Assembly (NCBI GenBank): GCA_951406725.2
Contig: OX597815.1
Coordinates: 129,146,001 to 129,210,000, forward strand
Length of the DNA: 64,000 nt
Reading direction: 5' to 3'
Source: Octopus vulgaris
Taxonomy: Eukaryota
This document shows positions 1 through 64,000 of this stretch, piece by piece (position 1 is the first letter of the stretch; every line of letters begins with the position of its first letter). Both the position numbers and the translations under genes were made by a program. The notes beneath the pieces were generated by a model, which had not been told where the DNA came from, did not search any database, and was given only the letters and a program-made list of their open reading frames with translations.

Positions 1-246
1 ACTAAGTTCGATTTGTTTGACTTTATGGTGATGTCCCATGATGGCTGCAGTCCACTGAATGAAACAAGTGAAAGATAAAATCTAAGACAATTCAATGAAA
101 CAATTAAAATATTAAAAGTTAGAAGAAAAAGCAATATATTGAGTTTATAAATCAAAAACACTTCAGAAAACAAATACACTGATTAGAAAAAAATTTTCCT
201 AAGGTATGTTTCATAACTAATCAAAATGTAAAAGCATAATTCTCAC

Positions 247-56804
<56,558 letters not shown>

Positions 56805-57249
56805 CTGAAAGAAATCAAATAAAATATTGTTCAATATTATGTCTTCACTGTGTCATTGGAGAAACCTGCAGTTTTAATTTTTACATTATTGTACAATTAG
56901 ACAACAAGAATGATTTGAACAGTGTAACATTTTCAATAATAATGATTACATACAAGAAATTTAATTTTGAGGTTCAAAAGATATTCTGTTTAGTTTTTAC
57001 TATAAATTTTCAACATTTATCTTATTATACAAAATAATCTTGAGAACAGTGGCATCGTGTTACACTAGCTGAAATAAATTAATGTAAGATATCTGTAATT
57101 TAAATTTTAAAATGTATTGCATTTATTTATACAGATTTCATAAAGTTCTCTTCAAGACTTTACAAGAGGCATATGTGCAAGCATTACACATATACCTCTT
57201 TGATTACATTTCATGATCATTATCATTGCTGGTGCAGTTACAGGTAAAC

Positions 57250-58260
57250 TACCATCATCATCATCATTTTATGTCTGTTCTTCCATATTTGCATCTGTTG
57301 GACAAGTCTCTTGCACAATATCTCCACATTTACTGCAGTCCTTTGTCATCTTTCTTAAGTTGAACTTCTGAGATTAGCTTGTATAACCTCAGCATAGTTC
57401 TTTCCACTTGAATCACTCGACACTGCTTTACACAACTGTCATCTCTCATACACATCACATCTTTACTTTTGCAGCTTCTCTCTTGCACACTATGTTTTCT
57501 CTTTGACCTTGCCTATGATACTACTGTATCTCTTGCACATATATGGTTTGCATTATGTATGTACACAGTACAGAAATCTTATTTATTTTTCTGCATATTC
57601 AGCATGGTTGCCTTCCAATAGCAATACTGTTTTATGTTTTTTACTTTCTAACTAAAACTTTTCTCTTTGCTACGATTTTTGGCCACTTGATTCGCTACCA
57701 TATTTGAAACTTATCTCTTCAACAGATGTAGCTGTGAGATCAAAATTTTTGGGCATATAGATATTTTTTGATGGACAGTTAGTCTGAAACTTCTTTCATA
57801 TGGCCTGGTGACCTATATATACTAAATAGGAGAGGATAGAGAACTGAGTCTCGATAATATCAAGCTGTGTGGTAACTTACTCACTGAACTCATTGCTAAC
57901 TGTCACAAGATCTCTGTATAATTTTACACCACTTTCAAAAACCATTCTTTTACTCCTTATCTTTTTACCAACCACCTGATTACAGAGCAGGATATCCTAT
58001 CAAAGGTGATCTCCACATCAACAAATGCTAGAGAGAATGGCTTGCTCTTGAATAACTGGTTTTCCTAAAATGAAAACTCCACATCAGGAAGACAGCATCA
58101 ATAGAGTTCCATCCTGATACAAACTCAAACTACTTTTCATACAAGCTTATCTTCATAATTAGTTGTAGCTCTTTCTGTTGAACTTGGTCTATCAGTGTGA
58201 TAATGCAGTAGATGCTTCTATTGAAAACATCTCTTTTGACTTTGAAGTAGATGATGATAC
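57250..58260 (-). mobile_element. Highly decayed RTE LINE
   Basis: (CAT)n on the plus strand marks the tail; RT-like remnants (LAFVDVE.TFDRIS) resembling 15770-16915. Confidence 0.55.
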
Positions 58261-59312
58261 CACTAATTGGAAGTAATATATTCTTATGATATTTGATTGA
58301 CCACAAGATAACTCTATTCAGTTATTCAACTTGCAAAAAATGGCAGCCAGCACTTCTATACATACAGATAAACAATCTTTTATTCAAAATGCTGCAAACT
58401 GAAAAATCATGTAAGCTGTCTGCACATCAGACCTGAATGTTTTACTTTGAAATAAAAACTTCTAGCTTTATTCCACTTCATTTGCCAGTTTATTACAATA
58501 CAGATAACAATAACATCATTTAAAGTCATTATTTATTCAATTAGGTGTGAATATTCATAATGCAAATGAACAATATCTTGCAATATATTCACTAGGCAGT
58601 TGGTATGTAACTGTTTTATTATTATTTGTATTTTTATATCATCCTAAGCTAATCAGTGATATTTTCCTCATAATTATACTAAATTAGTAAAAACATCAAC
58701 AAGCCCTATTAAACTAGACTTATCAATACACTGTATTGGTATCTCTATGGGCTCAAAACTTAATTTCAACCTATAATAGAGACATATAGAAATCAGAATT
58801 TTGTTTTTATAGATGGGCAAGGGTTGAGGCTAGGTTATTCCAGGTAACCTTGAAGATATATCCTATAAATATATTTTTCTACTATTCTCAAAATCAAAAG
58901 ATTTCAAATTCTGATACAAGCTTGGTCTGAAGGGTTCTGTATAGGAGACTGCATGCTGTACAATATTTCCATTAAAAAACTAGTTATATAAGCAATGTTG
59001 AACAATGTGCACTCAACACACAGAAACATTCTTCCTAACAGTATGGTTGCCATCAAAGAATGGCAGTAGCCATGAAGCAGCATGAATCAAGCTCTTAAAC
59101 ATCTATAAAGGATGTATACAAAGTCTACAAAATACTCATGTAAGCACCACCAAACAACATCTACAAATACTCCAGAATAAAAGATGGTTTTACAGGAAAA
59201 ATAACTATATCAATAAAAAACAAAAAGTACCTTTCTTAACTCCTTTGCAAGTGTCACAGTTTCTCAAGGAATACATTGAAAAGTAAACACCTTACTCTCA
59301 TAAGCATAAACT

Positions 59313-59978
59313 TCTATATAAATAAAAGTGAAATTCTGTCTGTTCGGGACCTTTGTATCACAGTCTACATTTACTCCACATAGACATGTTATACCTTTTT
59401 GAAATCAGGATAATTCTGAGATTGAAAATCTGACCTTTATCTTGTTCTTGAACATCCAGTATTGGGATTTGATGTAAGAGCATTCTGGCTGCTATTTCTA
59501 GCAGGTAATGTAACTATAAGAGGTTTCAAATGGTTTACAAGAATTACCTCCCTTAGCTATAACAACAATTGCGACATTCTGTGTTAGAAAACTGACCAAA
59601 ACATTTTGAATTTAATATCAAAACTTTGTAAGTTTTCTGTCACCTACAATAATATAATTAACAAGAGTTAAGGACAATTGCTCTAAATTGTTGGACTTCA
59701 CCTCATGCAGCAGTGCTTTTCCCATGGTCAGCTCTATGTTAGTTTTCCCAGAGTTAGAATTGGTAACAATCTCTTCGTACTAACACCAAATGGTAAAACC
59801 AAGAATGTTCATCCTGCAGCTTTACAGTGATCTCCAAACATCACAGTGATACAAAATTCTCCAAATGTGATTACTCTGTGATATAAATCTGAGATGGTAG
59901 AATATTAATAAGTGTTTCATTATTATCAATCCCTTCAGTTTGGGGCTGAAGGCCCAATTAGCCCTCCACAGGAGCTAG
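59313..59978 (+). mobile_element. Internally deleted Helitron retaining the PIF1 helicase C-terminus
   Basis: 5' TCTATATAAATAAAAG; INKS*GQLL*IVGLHLMQQCFSHGQLYVSFPRV at ~59655-59830; 3' hairpin ccttcag..ctgaagg then CTAG. Confidence 0.8.
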
Positions 59979-60389
59979 GTAACATAATTTATTACTTAAA
60001 TTCATAACTAGACGCCCTTTATATCTTAAACAATCCACACTAACACATATTACACATCACCAAGGCAACAAAAACCTCTCCCTCTTACATTCTGCTCTAC
60101 ACACATAAATAACCTATTTATTTCATTGATGTGCAAGTTAAAACATTTAAAAAATACCAATGAGTTTCACTATGAAACAGTGTCAAGGCTTTTCAGTATT
60201 CAACAATACCACAATCACCAACACAGAAACTACAGTACAATACATTCAACAAAGTAATTATAGACACATTAATAAAAAAATGAAAAAAATACAATCCCTA
60301 ATAGACAAGGTCACAAAAACCTGAGACAACCTCCAGTTATTAGTTAATCATACTATCAAGATCAGCATTACACAGTTAAAATATTTTGT

Positions 60390-61457
60390 ATACCATTCTG
60401 AAAACCCACAAGCATTCAAGTCACACAAAATCCTGAAGGAGAAGCTGTAGGTCATGTGGAGAGTAAATATTAAAACCTGGGTCATCAGGCAATTCTTCTT
60501 TGAATGGGTCAACCTTGTTTTCAAACTAACAGTGAAAAAGTATCTTCTGGAGAACAATCTTCCTCTCAAGACCCTCCTCATCCTCAACTATGCTCCTGCT
60601 CACCCTCCTAACCTCAAATATGATATCCTGGATGAATTTAAATTTATAAAAAGTTATGTACCTTTCATGCAACACCACCCCTATCTTGCAGCCCATGGAC
60701 CAACAGGTGATTCCTAATTTTAAGAAATTGTACGCCAAATACCTATTTCATCGGCACTCTCAAGTCACCAAAAATACAAATCTAACCCATTGTGAGTTTT
60801 GAAAGGAACACTACAACATTGTAAACTGCCTGAAAATCACCAAAATGGCCTGGCAGTGTAGCAGAGAATAACATCTCTATGAGTGACATAAAGGCAGTGT
60901 CAACAAAATGGCAGTATGTTTCTGAATTTGTAGAAAAATATCATCCTGAAAGAGTAGCTATAGGTTGTAAAGCAGCTTTATTTAATGACACTGCTCTGGC
61001 ACATTCTTGTGACATTTTGAAATGACAGGAAAAAGCCGATCTCTCTTGAATGTTTCTAATGAAATGACCCGCAAGTGTAAAAAATGAACAAAGTGTGTCC
61101 AAAAATCCTAAATTAAGGGAAGTGAGAGAGAAAACACCAGATGTCTTAATGGAAGGAGAATCTCCTCCTCACTTTATCTTCTTCCTCATGCACATATCAT
61201 CCTATCTTTAAAGTAATTCAGTTAATATAACCAGTTTACATATTTCTTTTGCATTTTCATAATTGTCATTTTATTTGTAACTAGACCTTTTCCATTTTAA
61301 AACCCATGAAAAATAATTTTGGGGTAGTTTGAGGAGCTAGAATGGATTAATTATATTTTAGTTAATTACAATGGGGAAAACTGATTTGTAAAATGAGTAA
61401 ATTGTAAAACAAACATGATTTTAGAACGAATTAAATTCATACTGCAAGGTATCACTG
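60390..61457 (+). mobile_element. Decayed pogo/Tigger transposon, 3' part
   Basis: YHSENPQAFK, WRVNIKTWV, LLILNYAPAHP (DDE_1-like); right TIR ...gcaaggtatcactg|TA. Confidence 0.85.
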
Positions 61458-61475
61458 TATATATGTTATATATGT

Positions 61476-61510
<35 letters not shown>

Positions 61511-61560
61511 ACATATATACAGTGATACCTTGCAGTATGAATTTAATTTGTTCTAAAATC

Positions 61561-62745
61561 AGGGTAAAATTAATTAATCAATTAATAATTTTACCAAGTA
61601 GTTCGGTATGTTAAAAGAACCATTATCGGTAACCTTATGCAAAATTTCTATAATTATAAGCATAATTATAATTAGGATTCAGCAAAAATTGCTTCACCAC
61701 ATACCGAAATTTAGAAAAGCAGTTAAATACTATTCCACTACCATAAGATATCTCCCAGACAGCAATACTCTCAACTCACGAAGGTAAAGAGAAAAAAAAT
61801 AATGAATCCACCTGGCTTTGATTAACTATATACGCGTTTCTGGGTTAAAGATGTAAAATCATATTTCTACTCACTCCCGTATTCAGTATAGTATTTCAAT
61901 TTTAAATTTGAGAACACTGATAATTAACATACGTACTCAACTAAGTGCCTTCGAATATATATATATATATATGTAAATGGAGAACAATGAAATGAGTGCT
62001 CAACACCGCATTGGTGGATATATAATTTCTTCATTTGTGAATTAAGGCTACCATTGGTTTCATGATAAGAAGAGTAGAATATCCTAGTATCTTAACAATT
62101 TTTCAAGCCAATCAAATGGAGAAAGGTGTTCACCTCCATTTTGGAAAACAGTCTTGTTTCGTTCACCGGATTTCTTGTAAATTTGCATCAATAAAACAAT
62201 GAATCATGGGATGTTACTCTAGAAGGCATTTTTTGAAGTTTGTCTCTTGGATTTGTCTTTCCGGTAAATTTCTTAAATTTTGCATTACTTGTTTGTTTTT
62301 GTTCTGCACACAGTGTTTTTGTACTTGTATGTTGAGATTGTACGTCACTGGGAGTTATTTCTTCTTTGTTGTGTGAACTTTGTGTGCTATGTCTGTTCAC
62401 ATTTATGAAGGTGCTATCCTAGTAGGGTCGCTCTCGTTTATAGTTACCCTCATTTATAGGGAGTCTTTATAGTATTTGAAGGTAAAATATTGTTTCTATG
62501 TATGCAGGAAGTGAAAGTTTCCTCCTTAACGTTTAAGATGTTGTCTGTTGATTGTATAATATTTAATTTTTCAGTAATACAGAATTCACATTTGATACCC
62601 CGTCCTCCATATCTTTTGGCTTTAGCAATAATTTTCCATTCAATGTGGGGATTGCTTATTACACCTTCTTTCAATGTCCAAATTACATTTGATAGGGATG
62701 TTGCTTGTTTTTTGTTATTTGTCTCTGAAGGACACAAACATTATG
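61561..62745 (-). mobile_element. 5'-truncated Penelope-like element (GIY-YIG C-terminus plus 3' region with hammerhead)
   Basis: ORF 62450-62737: TSLSNVIWTLKE...IEWKII...CEFCITEK...ILN...CIHRN, typical of the PLE endonuclease tail. Confidence 0.82.
61825..61892 (-). ncRNA. Type I hammerhead motif with core mutation (CUGAAUA), in the Penelope 3' region
   Basis: Minus strand: actata-CTGAATA-cggg...ccca-GAAAC-GC-GTA-tatagt; perfect 6-bp stem I; ACGCGT palindrome. Confidence 0.6.
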
Positions 62746-62879
62746 CAACTGAAAAGAAAGCTCAAAATAATATTATTATATATATAATATATACGTGTGT
62801 GTGTGTATGCGTGTGTTATATAATGTCATTGCAAGCTTTCTTTTTAGATGCATAATGTTGCTATCCCCCATCCCAGGGT

Positions 62880-64000
62880 CTCACTGGCCCACACCTTCCA
62901 CACCATCACAGTTGGCTAACTTAATGTTTGCAAGTTGAAAGGTAAGTCTGATGAGATTGTTGAGATGCTTGGACAGAGACATGTTGATTTGTGCTGCATC
63001 CAAGAAGTAAGGTGAAGAGAAACTTCTGTTAGGTTCCTCACAGGCAAAGAACATAGGTATAAGATTTTCTGGGTAGGGAACATTGATGAGTTTGGGGGCA
63101 TGGGTATACTCCTTGTGGAGAAAATGGATTGATTAATCAAGGTAGTCAGAGTCTGTGATAGAATACTTAAGCTTAGACTAGCGGTGCAACATGGATTAAC
63201 AACCATTGTCTCAGCTTATGCTCCTCAGCTTGGGATACTTGAAAACAGTAAGACCGATTTTATGACACCCTCTTGCAGACTACCTCATCAATGACTAATA
63301 GGGACCTTCTCTTTGTGGCTGGTGACTTCAAGGGGCATGTTGGATAACATTCAGGGAGTTTCCATGGTGTACATGGTGACAATGGATTTGGTTCCCACAA
63401 TGAGGAAGGAACCAGTCTGCTGGAGTTCTGAGATGCAAATGATCTTATGCTCTGTAATACTAACTTCAAGAAACTTACCAGTCACCTATTCACCTACCAG
63501 TCTGGTGGGCCCACTAATCAGATTGACTACATTCTCACCAGGAAACGGGAAAGATGGCTACTTATAAATGCCAAAACTTTCCCAGGTTAAGAATGCACCT
63601 CATATCATAGGCTAGTAGAAAGCGACTTCAGGATCAGGGCTAAATGGCAGCCAGAAGACGACCAGCATGGAAAAGAAAAGTCTGGAAGCTTAAGGATCCT
63701 GTGGATGGACAGAGATTTAGAGATGTATTACTTGAAGCTTTTGACGAAAAAGAGGAGCATATAACATCACATAATGTGGAGGACAACTGGAGATTCCTAT
63801 GGGACAACCTGTCAAGGGGTGCTGACCAGATCTGTGGAGAGTGCAAAGTCCCCTCTTGACCTAGGATAACGTGGTAGTGGAACAATGTAGTTGACAGGGC
63901 CATTAGGAAAAAGAAACAGGCATGGAAGGACTGGAAGAAGAGTGAGAGAAGGAAACTGTGTCCGATCACCAAAAGGGAAGCTAGGAGATAGGTTTACTTA
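62880..64000 (+). mobile_element. Decayed RTE LINE, APE endonuclease region
   Basis: VDLCCIQEVR, IVSAYAPQ, VAGDFKGHVG, NQIDYILTR, HRLVESDF, with stops. Confidence 0.88.

Noticed and set aside
59292-59311. Minus-strand VYAYE followed by gtaagg, resembling the B-type exon motif VHAY
   Set aside because: No acceptor or open FN3 frame upstream, even after removing the adjacent Helitron

Overview
AT-rich, repeat-dense animal genomic DNA. The SINE, RTE and Penelope repeats resemble coleoid cephalopod (octopus-like) families, which is an inference from recall and not a database result. The whole window lies inside one large minus-strand gene for an R3-subtype receptor protein tyrosine phosphatase (Ptp10D/PTPRB/PTPRJ-like). 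I traced 21 GT-AG exons with consistent phases (3403 nt, ~1134 codons). They encode 8 FN3 repeats, a membrane-proximal FN3-like domain, one TM helix and the PTP domain up to the catalytic HC(S); I found no 5' or 3' end within the window. The main result is at 49.5-57 kb: a ~2.2-kb three-exon, two-FN3 cassette has been tandemly amplified recently. Its introns are nearly identical, while the exon differences are almost all amino-acid changing (by-eye count 19 nonsynonymous to 2 synonymous), which suggests diversifying selection on an expanding ectodomain. The introns also hold Penelope-like elements with hammerhead ribozyme motifs, fold-back and locally templated insertions at (TA)n tracts, a GCGAAAGC-capped long DNA hairpin, candidate stop-introducing micro/pseudo-exons, and decayed mariner, pogo, piggyBac, hAT, Helitron, RTE, CR1 and SINE copies.
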